Shown: positions 20,801 to 30,062 of the stretch, piece after piece
Layout of the letters: the number at the start of each line of letters is the position of its first letter
Position numbering within the stretch: the first letter of the stretch is position 1
Virus record (IMG/VR): IMGVR_UViG_3300047561_001523
Coordinates: 1-33,907 of that record
From: a virus
Lineage: Duplodnaviria > Caudoviricetes
Direction: 5' to 3' (one strand)
DNA length: 33,907 nucleotides
The notes under the pieces: model-generated
Databases searched by the model: none
Seen by the model: only the letters and a program-made list of their open reading frames with translations
Told to the model about the DNA's origin: nothing
Position numbers and translations under genes: made by a program

Positions 20801-23800
20801 CTCTTGATATATCTTTAATTGTACATACAACAGGAATACTTAATTGTGGAGAAATTGTTGGATCCGTAGGATAATCAAATCCATCTTTAATTCTATCAAT
20901 TGAAATTATTTTTCCAATTTCCTGTGATTCTGGATATATAATTGCACCATTGCCCAAAGAACTACCAATTGAGCTTATTGTAGGCAATTTAGAATAAGAT
21001 TTTCCGGAAGAATTGATTCTTATTTTTGAAATTGGACCATTTGCTGTTTTTGAATTTGTGTCATAATATACAGAAGATATTCCAGAATAACGAGTATATA
21101 AAGTATATTCTGGTTTTTGGTTTAAATTGAATTTAAATGATTGTGGGCTTATTGTAATAATATTTTGTTCACTACTTAATAAACTTTTTCTTATATCAAT
21201 TTTATTATATCCATTGACTTCAGTATCTATACTAAGTCTTAATTTTTCTACATCGGTTGAAGAGGTGACTACAAAACTATAATAAAGTACACTAGGAATA
21301 TTTCTACCATTTGTCTGAATGGTTACAGAGTTGTCAGTTCTTTCTATTGCCAATTTTTTAGTGTTTAGACTATCAATTTCAAATTTCTTTTTGAAATTAA
21401 AATCTCTATAAAATTCTAATCTTAAATTAGATAAAGATGAATCAGAAACATCAAATATTATTTTATTTCCTTCGGAAAAAGAAAGAGGTGGATTTATAAG
21501 TGCTATTCCGTGAGTTCCAAGACCAACATTAGAAAAAGATAACCCAATTCCACTTAAAGTATCACTTAAATATTCACAAAGTTGAATCTTATCGGGATTT
21601 TGTTTTAATACATAATAAATATTTTTGTCTACCAAATTTCCTATTGGGGAAGTACCAGAATAATAAATTACTTTATCACCATTTTTTAAACTATTTCCAG
21701 GTATGTTAATTGATGAAGATGAACCTAGAGAAACCAAACTACTTGAAAATCCAATTATTCCTGTAGTGATTTTTTTATTTTGAGAATCAAATCTAAATGA
21801 AATTATTTCTTCTCTTGATGGAAGAACTGTAAATCTAATTTTGTCATCGTTTACAAGTCCATGACTTTCCGAAGTTGTTACTATTCCTAGGTAATTTTCA
21901 ATTTTTCCAGTAGTTTTTGGATAATTTGTTCCAAATGAATGAGAATAACCAACATTTGAATCATAATTGAAGAATAAGGAATTTAATGTATTTCCAATTC
22001 CTATAGATGTAGTAAATCCTAATGTGGAAATTCCAAGAAAATCATTTCCGAGATTTACTGCATAAACAATTTGATTATTATTTAAATTAAAACCAGAAGA
22101 TGTAGAACTATTAGCAACACTTATACCTATACCAGAAGAATAACTATAAATTAACTGTTGTCCTGTATAAAATTTATGATTTGGGATATATAATGATTTT
22201 GATGGAACAAATCTGTTTAATATTGTACTTGTTCCAACTCCTACTATAGAATAAGTTGTTCCAGTCGAATTGAAACCAATATTATCAATAGAATTAAAAT
22301 AAACAATTCTATTTTGTGGCAAAACAAATGGAATTTGTTCTGTTTCAAAAAACTCAAATTTGTTTGGCAATAAGTTTACACTTTCTAAACCAACACTATG
22401 AATTCCATTAAATGTACTTCTATTAACTAAAAGTTGAGAAGTTTCTGGGATTATTCCAGTAATAGTTAAAACTTCAGAACCAATTCCAATTTTATCATTT
22501 ACCTCAAATCCGAATGTATCAGTGACATTAATGGTGGTTGACAATCCAGTTATTGATGTGCTTGGAATATTTGTAGTAATTCCCGTACTTTTTTGAAAAA
22601 CATATATTTTTTTTACTCCATTTAGTTTGGATAGAGTTATTGATGAAATATCAGAAATTAATATAATGTCATTATTAATTAAATTATGAGGAGTTGATGT
22701 TACGCCTAAAATACTAGTTTTTTTTGTATAAAAAACTACATCATTGAATGTAGAAACACCAACAACTAAATTTGAAATTGGTTTTCCTTTAATTCTTGAA
22801 ATTTGAGCACTTACTCCTGTTCCATCATTTATGGATGATAATTTTATTACATCATCTACTGAATAATTATTTCCCTCATAATCAATAGAAATTGAGGAAA
22901 TTCCAGATTTTTTTATAGTTTTAACTATAAAATCTTGTTTTAGGTTTGGTGAAGTTTTCTCTAAAATTTCATATCCTGAGTTTGGAGAATTTAAATAATA
23001 ATTACTAAAATTTCTAGTAAGATTATATTGTGAAATATTTTTATCTTGCGAAAAAGTTGGATCAAAATTTTCAAAAGAAGGTGTGTCTCTAAAATAATTT
23101 CCAACAATATATGGATATGTTGGTACTAATATACTTGATATTTTTTCAGTAGTTGCAAAATAAGCATAAGTTCCATATGGATATTCAGGTGTTGTGCAAA
23201 ATCTTCCATTGTATTGATCCAGATCACCAGAAGCATCATACTGATAATCTTGAACAAAAAAACCACTTGTATATGAATTTGGTCTTAAATTGCTAGAAAC
23301 TAAAGATTTTTTAATGTAACTTGATTTTATTGATTTTATTGTACTGTCCGTTAAACTTGTATATCCATAAGGACCATAAATTGGATTTCCGTCATATGCC
23401 CATCCAACTATTGGAGAATGCCTTAATGTATCATCAGTTTCTTCATTATTTTGTTTAATATTATCTGCTATATTTTTTCTAAGTTGCTTTGATAGATAAA
23501 AATTAATTGGTTGTAATCCTAAATTTATATCTATACTTGGGTGTGTAATAGTTTCATCATCTCCATTATATTTTATAATTAAATCTTTATTTTTTTCAAT
23601 TTGATTTATTTTCCATTCAAACACATTAGCAACAAATTTAAGGTCTGTTCCTCTTCTTGTAGCGTTTAATGTAGTATTTGTATTTTTATATCCAATTCCT
23701 CCATCAATCACAATAATATCAACAATAGTTCCATCATTAACTATTGGTAATATATCTGCATATTCTCCTTCACCGTATACTATAATTTTTGCACTATTGT

Positions 23801-26800
23801 CATATCCACTTCCACCATAAAGAATCTGAACATCATTTATTGAACCATTGATAATTATTGGTTTCAATAAAGCTGAATTGATAATTGGTAATCTAATTTC
23901 TGGTCGTCTGTGAAAATTAATAATTTCAGAACTACCATACGAAACTCCACCATTTTCAATATAAACACTTTCAGCAGATCCCAAAACGATTGGTGTCAGT
24001 GTTGGAGAAATAATCGCAGTAGAACCTATTCCTGACGTTACTTCAACTTTAATTTCTATTGGTGGATATTTAAATGTATGAGTTCCTACTCCTGTTGAAT
24101 TTAGATTAATATATTTTTTATTCAAATAATTTTCTTTTGCGGAAATGGTTCCTATTCCGGCATCTGATAATTTAAATTTATTATCATCTATTATTGATAC
24201 AATATACTCAATATCTGTAGATATTCCAGTAATTGCTGTTCCTTCGTAAGAATATCTTACAAAATCTCCATTTTTAAACCCATGGTTTTTTGCAAAAATA
24301 TAATTATCTGCAGTATTGATGCCAGATATCTGGTAATCAAACGTTGGATAAAAATCCGAAGATACTTTTACCAATCTATTTGAATATCCTATTCCTCTAT
24401 TTTTTACATACACTTTAGTGATAGTGTTTTTCGAATTTAATGATCTAAATTCTTGAAATCCAGAACTGATTCCAGTTATATTTACAGTTCCAATTCCAGA
24501 TAAACAATCTATTTTTTTATTATATAATTTGATTGTTTTTGCATTTACAATACCAATAAAATAATTTGATTTGTCAATTAAACCGGGTATATTTGAATTT
24601 CCATTTGCTATGTAAATTACTTCTTCTGAATTGTCTAAATTATGATTTTCTATAAATGTAATAGTATCATTTAATGTGCTCACATAGTTTGTATCTGCTC
24701 TAAATTTTGAAATAATTTTTGATTTAACCAAATTTGGTTCTAAAACTGCTCCAGTACCATTTCCACCAGTTAAGGTTATTTTTGGCTTTCTGTCATAACC
24801 AATTCCTGGAGAATTTATTTTAACATCAGATAAAGAACCAGAAAGAATTAAATGTATATTACACCCAGAACCAGAAGAATCGGCAACTTCAAGTTTTGGG
24901 GAATTTATAACATCATATTCTTTTCCTGGATTTGTTACAACAATTGAATTTATTTTTCCATAATAAAAATTTTCATCAAATAAAGTAGGGGAATATATTT
25001 CAACTCCATCAATAAACAAACCAATTTGCCTATTAAAAGTTGTTCTTTCATTTTCATTATCAAAATAATCAATAGCATTATCTAATTTAAATTTTTTAAA
25101 TAGTTTTTGATTTTTGACTATTTTATTTTCATACCCAAATTTATAGATATAATCAGATAAAATTGGATTAGATATTTGAACATATTTTTTTTCAAATACA
25201 TCAGCATTACTATATGATATACTTATTCTATCATCATCTATTTTGGTCAAAAAATAAACACCAGTAGATATTCCTGAATATGAAGATGGGAAATAATATA
25301 TTTTATCTCCAGTTAAAAAATTATGTTTTGGTGCGTTTAATATCGAAGTTGTGGATGTTCCTACTTTAGAAATTGTTGTTTTTGTGTCTGTAGAAGTAAA
25401 TTTATAATTTGGTAATCCAGAAGTATTAATGTAACTATATTTTTCTTCTTTATCGATATAAGTGTTTTGAATTGCTCCTACAATACTATTTGAATCTGTA
25501 AAATAATCAGAAGAAGTTTTATTTAATCTTTTCTTTATTCTTAAGATATTTGAAATATTCAAAGAAGACGAAGATTGTACAATAATTTTATTTTTTATAC
25601 CTCTATAATAACCATCTTCAACTTCTATTACTGTTGCTTCAATGTCGATGTCATCTTCAACAAAAATTGTTTCATTTACGTAAAATGCAATATCATCCTT
25701 TAGTGTTATTCTATAAGTATTTGAACCAATCAAATCAATATTATCAATATTATGATATGTTGGAATATTGTAAACCCAATTGGTAAATTTAATATTATTT
25801 GATAAATTTTTTCCAAAAGTGCTTAATGAAATTTTATCACCTACTTTTATCCCAGAAGATTTTGAAAAGTCTACTTTATCGATTACATTAATTACTCTGA
25901 ATTTTATTGGAGTCGTATTATTTTCAATATATGAATATGCTAATTTATCTTCAAATAAAATATCACCAAAATTTAAAGAAGTAGATAGACCAGTAACATT
26001 TAATAATTCTGTATTTGTTTTTTCTGTGTACTGTAAAGTAATTTTGTTTAAATCAGTTTTTTTTGCAATAATTGTTCCAGATTTAGCAAATCCAATAGTA
26101 GAGTCTACATTAATAATACTTGATGATTTTGGTGTATATTCAAGTACTTTTGTTGTTCCAGTAGTTTCAAATGAACCAATAAATGATGTACTATCTAATG
26201 ATATTTCATATAAATCTTTATTTGTTACTGGTCGATATTCGACATTATAAATCGAAGCAGAAACAGATCCTATTCCAGAGATATATTGATATAATGTTGA
26301 ACCTTTCAGAAGAGTTGGATCATCTCCTGAAATTTTTTCCACTAAAATATTTTTAGTTATGAAATAATTATTATCAGATGGCCTCAACATATATTCTTGA
26401 GGTTTTATGACTTCTATATTTTTTCCATATAAAACTGAAAATAAAATCTTAAATGATTGATCTGTTCCTTTTGTTTTATAAAAATCTTTTGCTCTTGATA
26501 AAATATTTTGTATAGAAATTCCAGTTGTAAAATTTCTTTCCTCAAAACCTGGTAAAAATTGATATTTAAAATTTTTAAATATCTCAAGAAAAAATATTAA
26601 ACTTAAATTATTTACAGTTGAATTGGCAGAATGGTCAGATGCTTCAGTTACCGTAAAATTTAAAAATTCTGGATTATTATCTTTTTGTATACTATCAATT
26701 CCACTAAATCCTCTTATACAACCTAAAAATGAATTTGCAGTTTTTGAAGTATAAGTGATAATTTCATCATTAATTTTTATAAGTCCATACTTATCAGGAA

Positions 26801-27080
26801 ATCCGATAGTATGTGATACTAGAATTGTATCATCGAAAGATAAAACATTCTGCAATAATACTGAAGGGAGTTGCAAATCAATGAATGTTTCATTATTAAA
26901 ATTTTCAATTTTTTTATAATTATTTAAATTACTTGCTAAATCTGTTACTCCAGTTTGATGTTCTTGTGAAATATAATATTGAGTTAAAAAATTTTTAAAT
27001 AATGGATATTCCTCATTTAAAAATTCTGGAATTTGTGAGTCCAGAATATTATTAATTTTTACTCTCTTAAATTCTGTCAT
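14853..27080 (-). CDS. g7: giant baseplate wedge initiator (gp7-like), 4075 aa, multidomain
   Basis: N-terminal SQIPEFLNEEYPLFKNFLTQYY and KDFYKTKGT..SFKILFSVLYG; core ISDNKYYQKFSYSIK..W...IIHPSGF; lies between g6 and g8. Confidence 0.88.
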   Translation of the reverse strand: MTEFKRVKINNILDSQIPEFLNEEYPLFKNFLTQYYISQEHQTGVTDLASNLNNYKKIENFNNETFIDLQLPSVLLQNVLSFDDTILVSHTIGFPDKYGLIKINDEIITYTSKTANSFLGCIRGFSGIDSIQKDNNPEFLNFTVTEASDHSANSTVNNLSLIFFLEIFKNFKYQFLPGFEERNFTTGISIQNILSRAKDFYKTKGTDQSFKILFSVLYGKNIEVIKPQEYMLRPSDNNYFITKNILVEKISGDDPTLLKGSTLYQYISGIGSVSASIYNVEYRPVTNKDLYEISLDSTSFIGSFETTGTTKVLEYTPKSSSIINVDSTIGFAKSGTIIAKKTDLNKITLQYTEKTNTELLNVTGLSTSLNFGDILFEDKLAYSYIENNTTPIKFRVINVIDKVDFSKSSGIKVGDKISLSTFGKNLSNNIKFTNWVYNIPTYHNIDNIDLIGSNTYRITLKDDIAFYVNETIFVEDDIDIEATVIEVEDGYYRGIKNKIIVQSSSSLNISNILRIKKRLNKTSSDYFTDSNSIVGAIQNTYIDKEEKYSYINTSGLPNYKFTSTDTKTTISKVGTSTTSILNAPKHNFLTGDKIYYFPSSYSGISTGVYFLTKIDDDRISISYSNADVFEKKYVQISNPILSDYIYKFGYENKIVKNQKLFKKFKLDNAIDYFDNENERTTFNRQIGLFIDGVEIYSPTLFDENFYYGKINSIVVTNPGKEYDVINSPKLEVADSSGSGCNIHLILSGSLSDVKINSPGIGYDRKPKITLTGGNGTGAVLEPNLVKSKIISKFRADTNYVSTLNDTITFIENHNLDNSEEVIYIANGNSNIPGLIDKSNYFIGIVNAKTIKLYNKKIDCLSGIGTVNITGISSGFQEFRSLNSKNTITKVYVKNRGIGYSNRLVKVSSDFYPTFDYQISGINTADNYIFAKNHGFKNGDFVRYSYEGTAITGISTDIEYIVSIIDDNKFKLSDAGIGTISAKENYLNKKYINLNSTGVGTHTFKYPPIEIKVEVTSGIGSTAIISPTLTPIVLGSAESVYIENGGVSYGSSEIINFHRRPEIRLPIINSALLKPIIINGSINDVQILYGGSGYDNSAKIIVYGEGEYADILPIVNDGTIVDIIVIDGGIGYKNTNTTLNATRRGTDLKFVANVFEWKINQIEKNKDLIIKYNGDDETITHPSIDINLGLQPINFYLSKQLRKNIADNIKQNNEETDDTLRHSPIVGWAYDGNPIYGPYGYTSLTDSTIKSIKSSYIKKSLVSSNLRPNSYTSGFFVQDYQYDASGDLDQYNGRFCTTPEYPYGTYAYFATTEKISSILVPTYPYIVGNYFRDTPSFENFDPTFSQDKNISQYNLTRNFSNYYLNSPNSGYEILEKTSPNLKQDFIVKTIKKSGISSISIDYEGNNYSVDDVIKLSSINDGTGVSAQISRIKGKPISNLVVGVSTFNDVVFYTKKTSILGVTSTPHNLINNDIILISDISSITLSKLNGVKKIYVFQKSTGITTNIPSTSITGLSTTINVTDTFGFEVNDKIGIGSEVLTITGIIPETSQLLVNRSTFNGIHSVGLESVNLLPNKFEFFETEQIPFVLPQNRIVYFNSIDNIGFNSTGTTYSIVGVGTSTILNRFVPSKSLYIPNHKFYTGQQLIYSYSSGIGISVANSSTSSGFNLNNNQIVYAVNLGNDFLGISTLGFTTSIGIGNTLNSLFFNYDSNVGYSHSFGTNYPKTTGKIENYLGIVTTSESHGLVNDDKIRFTVLPSREEIISFRFDSQNKKITTGIIGFSSSLVSLGSSSSINIPGNSLKNGDKVIYYSGTSPIGNLVDKNIYYVLKQNPDKIQLCEYLSDTLSGIGLSFSNVGLGTHGIALINPPLSFSEGNKIIFDVSDSSLSNLRLEFYRDFNFKKKFEIDSLNTKKLAIERTDNSVTIQTNGRNIPSVLYYSFVVTSSTDVEKLRLSIDTEVNGYNKIDIRKSLLSSEQNIITISPQSFKFNLNQKPEYTLYTRYSGISSVYYDTNSKTANGPISKIRINSSGKSYSKLPTISSIGSSLGNGAIIYPESQEIGKIISIDRIKDGFDYPTDPTISPQLSIPVVCTIKDISRVDYIGILTGGKNYNTSPKLKVIGNTEIELSAEIQGNSVLKVNVIKNSYNLKSPLNIVAYNNSNGYEIDTIYPLTTPGTVRVEFLIDNINPYIKSGYGATDFVFPFSIGDQIFVEKCRLTVGSASSANFNSKDYGYNYFTVVGVNTSNYSIDYTMSGLQTGLFGNYNSILTYGYIVNKKDTAQFEMKIIDDSKYLSGERVTSSNFSAVVMENGWDIDNKQIRLIDAQGTLNIGDKLLGEKSKLNGVVKYVNRFNLPVTFNVTRDKINDFGDRVGFLNDSQQRISDNKYYQKFSYSIKGEMPYTEWKESVRSIIHPSGFKEFSDLDIIGTTSEGPINLGIAKSTNMKVNAINPDPFLLVNIDNNSSFYTKNNFAMVYEDDKLDDNSVERIYFTEGTALRSYTLNKTNKVYNIDDISSQFTGITTTLGGSVVGLSTFKLKSSGIPIFYKEFVGSASTIIDLENNKFIIPNHNFQTGQEIIYNSNSGTAIGIATTSYALGSLDVVMKVGAGIGSAIYENGYNSYVPNVGVVTGISTTVSPGIFSQYFGFGNPLPSTVNTGIGTGALFQVLITYNNSTGVPIGTSVQLIDGGKGYSVGQQISIAGTYMGGSTPTNNLYFTISKLSSTRVGTANSTYSNLISSSTGLGTGAIFNVTRDANKDISLVSIVDGGSGYGSTDQISIAGTYIGGTTPLDNLYLSATELGTKKLPSNIFVRKIDSNSFQIGGLSTTLYSPLDLKTLGSGTQSFNFKNANENVIISIDNIIQSPLHRKNITIGLSTSIGIGSTSIFISSGINSIFNNDILQIDNEYLKINSIGIGSTNKIDVTREFMGTVSAAHTVGAAVTVFKGDFNIISDTIYFSTPPYGPTIASTDPELVSRSSFAGRVFSRAFDSSNTVDKNIILDDISDQFNGIGATEFLLKSNTQSVVGLYTNTNSSTDIDNNPIILINNVFQVPEVDYRIDTPGSNTLKFLTGIPNAGRISNVAITTGYGYQPLVGAAATVSVSAAGTINFITLRGPGSGYRTPPSISIASTIGIGASIIATVGLGGTITGFSIINGGIGYTSTSLNKVLVDPPLSYNNLSIAYTGGSSGNGFGAKASIQVGAGSSIIQFDLLNTGVGYKIGDVLKVVGITTNPNIGIGFSEFRITVTETMTDKFSGFYPGQFIYFDDFSSYFNGSRTKFTLTQTISNNTEVVDLKKNPGSDIILENNLFVYLNDILQNPGESYTLTGSRVVFTEPPKSGSKCSVLFYRGSSLDVETINPPKTIKEGDIVKIGENIYDSYDIEQFDRVVKRIVSSDQLDTYNYDAIGIVTDPNKLRPLVWTKQTQDRIINGSLISKARPSLVPTIQPTTKLTKSVNIDDTEIYVNNAFPLFSDVDLLPEEDRNILIIDNKDTTTAIATAVVSYASTISSIIISDGGSGYAYTTSPKVAISSISINKKDPILTWSASSGLSTNSNLLSIVYGNPIVSVGQSGLVAISTDGKVYNTVTNVGYSKTITFNSVSFAGTNRYVSVGEYGKIITAVGFGTTVSSWTEINKYEQVGSFGIIQKINSNYISTFNDIKYFSNLNKWFCVGYGGTIFSGVGIGTTAFIMEQSNTIQNLNSIAYGNKVVAVGNNGTISKSIVGTYWDSNSSFITSQNLNKIIWDGSRYVVIGNGNVILTSSTANDTWSDWTLINSNITGNFININYSNDTQLYTLLDSNGNLYYSFDLQNWSKRSTNQLNTIKDILYLSNSSNYVLVGNGATSIYSIPSYNPATAISSVSSGIVTSITITNSGFGYDQKNPPNVLIETEKVKIEKIISIKAKGDFGIIVGVDTSVGTGSTIPKLIFKLKSESYDNTTLGIGYSALDSYGVYASGISTGDYFVLYNTNVACGHTLTGITTIGGNTSIVGVANSFIDGVYRAESVQSSGVGIVSVFCSFLPAPGYSDRIFVNANNSLNNFYGKYSWGKIYSYQNRGIGLPQQFIVNNSNGLSGLSSSPEVTRTRGLFKSK

Positions 27081-27081
27081 T

Positions 27082-28950
27082 TTATCTTGTGTAATATCCG
27101 TTTAAGTAACTTGATGTCGAAACATATGAAGTAGCAGAAGTATTTTCTCCAGATGTGATAATATCTTCTATTATATTTACCACACTATTTGAACTGTCTA
27201 TTTGTAAATATAAATCTTTAAGTGCTATTATATCATTTGACTCTGGAGATGCTTCAATTTGAATTATTCCATTTGATGAAGAAGTTGAAATAATATTCAC
27301 AACTCCTAATATAATTTCTCCATTTTTGTAATTTACTGTTCCTGCATTATTTTTTACAACAATTGGAAGATTATCAACTAATTTGAAAAATATTATTTTT
27401 CCAGTTTCTTTAGTAAGAGGGGAATCGGTAATATAAAGAGTATCTGATATTCCTTCTATTTTAAATCCACTAGATTTTATACTATAGTTATTTGTTTTTT
27501 GGTGAAATTTATTTCCAAAACATAATTCATATGTAGAAAATTTATTAAACTCTGGTTGCAAATCCCTTCTCATTTTAATTTTTGTTATATTTGAAGTAAT
27601 TGCTTTATTTGTATTATCAATTAAACTATTCATTTTACTATATTTAAATCTTCCACCAAAACTATTCACATCAGAAGATTTGGAGTAAGATATAATAGTA
27701 TTTAAAACTTGATTTTTAAGTGTACTTGGTGTAGAACTAAATGCTGGATTGTAATAAATTGTAGTATCAATTTCAATAAACAAATATTTTAAATCAATAA
27801 TTTCTGGTTTAATTCCTGCAATGCTGTACTGTTTTAACTTTTTTTTAATTTCATTCTTACTTATTTGTGATAAGTAATTTCCATTTCTTGGCTTAATCGA
27901 AATGAATACTTTTCCATATTCTGGTGGTGTCAATTCGTCTCCGCCATAAGCAGTTACCGAATCTACATTTGGATAAATGTAAGGTATAATACCTTTATAA
28001 TCATTTGCTGTTACTGCTCTATATTGTGATGCATAAATTCTTGGTGCCAAATATTTGATTGAGTCCATTGACTCAATATCATCACCATTTTGTGAAGATG
28101 ATATTGTCGTAATTAATGAAATTCCACTAGTTATATTAATAGTATTATTATCTATTAATCTTCCGGAAAAAGTAAAAGAAGCAGATCCATCAGATTCCTT
28201 TCCATTGGTGACAATATATGAAACATTTATTGTACTCTGGTGTGTTGGTTTTTTTCCTAAAATATTATCTCCAAATAAAATTTGATATTTTTCATCTTCA
28301 ACTTCTTGAATTAAAAATAATTTGGAATTTTTATCAACATTTAAAATATTTTCATATAATGTATAATTTTCCGTACTAGTATTTGTAACTGAAACACGAA
28401 TAGTAGATGTATCGATATTTGAATTTGGTAAAATAAATTTTTGATTTAATTGACTTTCATCAACTACAAATTTTTTGGTTAAGTATGTACCTTCATATAT
28501 CTCTATATTATCAAATGTTGATATTTTGTTATCGTCTACAGGTACTGTAATATCTGATGGTATTGAATATGTATAATTTCCATTTTGTATCGCTCCTAAG
28601 GCAACTACTCCTGCCTTTAATGTTACTGTTTTTGAGTTTAAATTAGCGACATCAACACTAAAAGATATATTTGCAATTGATGATCTTTTAGAACGAGGAA
28701 CATATCCAATATTTCTTGCAAGAGAAACAACATTTTCTCTTAAAGTGGCACTATCAAGAAAAGATTCATTTGCCTGCATATTTGTGTTATATGCAGTAAT
28801 GTAACTATTATAAGCTAATATGTCAATCAATACTGAAAAATTAGATCCTTCAAAATCAAAGTCAGTAAAATTTGAATCAGACCTCAGATAATCTTTAATC
28901 TGAGTTCGCAAATCATTAAAATCTAAATTTGTAAACTGATTGAATGACAT
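27082..28950 (-). CDS. g6: baseplate wedge subunit (gp6-like)
   Basis: Motifs LDFNDLRTQIKDYL, FTDFDFEGSNFSVLIDILAYN, ESFLDSATLRENVVSLAR, QYRAVTANDY and PPEYGKVFISIKP. Confidence 0.96.
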   Translation of the reverse strand: MSFNQFTNLDFNDLRTQIKDYLRSDSNFTDFDFEGSNFSVLIDILAYNSYITAYNTNMQANESFLDSATLRENVVSLARNIGYVPRSKRSSIANISFSVDVANLNSKTVTLKAGVVALGAIQNGNYTYSIPSDITVPVDDNKISTFDNIEIYEGTYLTKKFVVDESQLNQKFILPNSNIDTSTIRVSVTNTSTENYTLYENILNVDKNSKLFLIQEVEDEKYQILFGDNILGKKPTHQSTINVSYIVTNGKESDGSASFTFSGRLIDNNTINITSGISLITTISSSQNGDDIESMDSIKYLAPRIYASQYRAVTANDYKGIIPYIYPNVDSVTAYGGDELTPPEYGKVFISIKPRNGNYLSQISKNEIKKKLKQYSIAGIKPEIIDLKYLFIEIDTTIYYNPAFSSTPSTLKNQVLNTIISYSKSSDVNSFGGRFKYSKMNSLIDNTNKAITSNITKIKMRRDLQPEFNKFSTYELCFGNKFHQKTNNYSIKSSGFKIEGISDTLYITDSPLTKETGKIIFFKLVDNLPIVVKNNAGTVNYKNGEIILGVVNIISTSSSNGIIQIEASPESNDIIALKDLYLQIDSSNSVVNIIEDIITSGENTSATSYVSTSSYLNGYYTR

Positions 28951-29351
28951 TATACTCTTGTTGGTTGTAAGATAAATTCTATATTTTGTGTTGGAAATGG
29001 TAATCCAACAATATCATAAGAAATACTAATGTTTAACTCGTTTGTATCTGCTGGTTCATCGATAAAAACAGTCCTTAATTTAATTCTAGGTTCAAAATTG
29101 TTCAACAATGATGTAATTTCTTCTTGTAGAAATGAACTAATCCCAGAATTTTGCAATTCAAACATTGATTTTTCTACTGATGAACCCAACAAATCATTGA
29201 AAAATCTTTCACCAAGGCGAGTTCTAACTAAATTCATAACAGATCTTTTAATTGCATCCTCATTTTTGAGTGCAATTATGTCATTTGTAACTGGATGTCT
29301 CGTAAAAGACAAACTGATGTCCTTAAAACTACGAGAAATTGTTACTGCCAT
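28950..29351 (-). CDS. g25: baseplate wedge subunit / sheath initiator (gp25-like)
   Basis: Motifs FKDISLSF..HPVTNDI, NEDAIKRSVMNLV.T..GERFF and FEPRI; TAATG overlap with g6. Confidence 0.95.
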   Translation of the reverse strand: MAVTISRSFKDISLSFTRHPVTNDIIALKNEDAIKRSVMNLVRTRLGERFFNDLLGSSVEKSMFELQNSGISSFLQEEITSLLNNFEPRIKLRTVFIDEPADTNELNISISYDIVGLPFPTQNIEFILQPTRV

Positions 29352-29387
29352 TCAAATTTTTGCTCTTTTATATATCTATAATACTTT

Positions 29388-29627
29388 TTACCAAGTTTTT
29401 CCGTAATTTGGTTCAGTTCCATATTCCCAATCATCATAATCATTATCATTACGAATTATTTCATGAAGATCAGTTTGTTTCTTTAAGTCATGTTTTGGTG
29501 CCAAATCGTGCATGATTTCTTGAATCACTCTCGTTGCTGGTTTTGATTTATAATCAGCAATTATGTGAGTAGTGTTCCACATATCATACATGTAATTGTT
29601 ATCTTTATCGACGTTTAAATTTGACAT
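29388..29627 (-). CDS. conserved cyanophage-type hypothetical protein (79 aa)
   Basis: ORF with SD AGGAG about 6 nt upstream; acidic C-terminus DYDDWEYGTEP. Confidence 0.8.
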   Translation of the reverse strand: MSNLNVDKDNNYMYDMWNTTHIIADYKSKPATRVIQEIMHDLAPKHDLKKQTDLHEIIRNDNDYDDWEYGTEPNYGKTW

Positions 29628-29696
29628 TGTTGACTCCTGTTTTAAAAATAAAACAGAACTTTTATTAAGGAGGTTTCTATCTCCAATTATATTTAA
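29628..29696 (-). promoter_or_regulatory. late promoter (TTAAATA, 29690-29696) followed by a two-hairpin 5' leader
   Basis: Minus strand reads TTAAATA-TAATT-GGAG(ATAGAAAC)CTCC-TTAATAAAAG-TTCTGTTTTA(TTTT)TAAAACAGGA-GTCAACA-ATG. Confidence 0.6.
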
Positions 29697-30034
29697 CGAT
29701 TCAAATTACGAAAGGTATAATTATAAGAATCTAAGTATTTAAGTAATTCTAAAGCAACAATTTTTGGATTTCCTTCTCCACAAGTGTAAATATCTATCGC
29801 AATACATCCTTTTTCCGGCCAAGTATGTGCTGAAAAATGACTTTCTGCTAATGCAATTACAATCGTAAGACCTTGTGGTTCAAACTTATGAGTAAAGATA
29901 TTTAAAATATTCATTTTGGCACGAGAAATGCCCCTTTTGATTGTTTCCAAAAGGGGCATTTCGTTATTTAAAATACCATATTCGACATCATATACCTCTA
30001 ATAAGAGGTGATTGCCCATAGAAAACTTTTCCAA
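29693..30034 (-). CDS. speD: S-adenosylmethionine decarboxylase proenzyme
   Basis: Motifs MGNHLLLE, HKFEPQG, LAESH (autocleavage E|S) and SAHTWPE.G..AIDIYTCG. Start is TTG at 30034 or ATG at 30019. Confidence 0.95.
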   Translation of the reverse strand: MEKFSMGNHLLLEVYDVEYGILNNEMPLLETIKRGISRAKMNILNIFTHKFEPQGLTIVIALAESHFSAHTWPEKGCIAIDIYTCGEGNPKIVALELLKYLDSYNYTFRNLNR

Positions 30035-30054
30035 TACTTATGATACTAAAAATT

Positions 30055-30061
30055 TATTTAG
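30055..30061 (-). promoter_or_regulatory. T4-like late promoter (CTAAATA) upstream of speD
   Basis: TAAATA core about 20 nt upstream of the speD start. Confidence 0.55.
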
Positions 30062-30062
30062 T

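Noticed and set aside
5750-27080. Introns, inteins, stop-codon recoding or frameshifts in the giant genes
   Set aside because: Both ORFs are uninterrupted in the standard code, and I saw no intein or homing-endonuclease motifs.
11755-28285. Short + strand and alternate-frame ORFs within the VrlC-like gene, g8, g7 and g6 (e.g. 25780-26250, 17995-18228, 18830-19048)
   Set aside because: They are antisense shadows of long genes, with no start signals or recognisable motifs.
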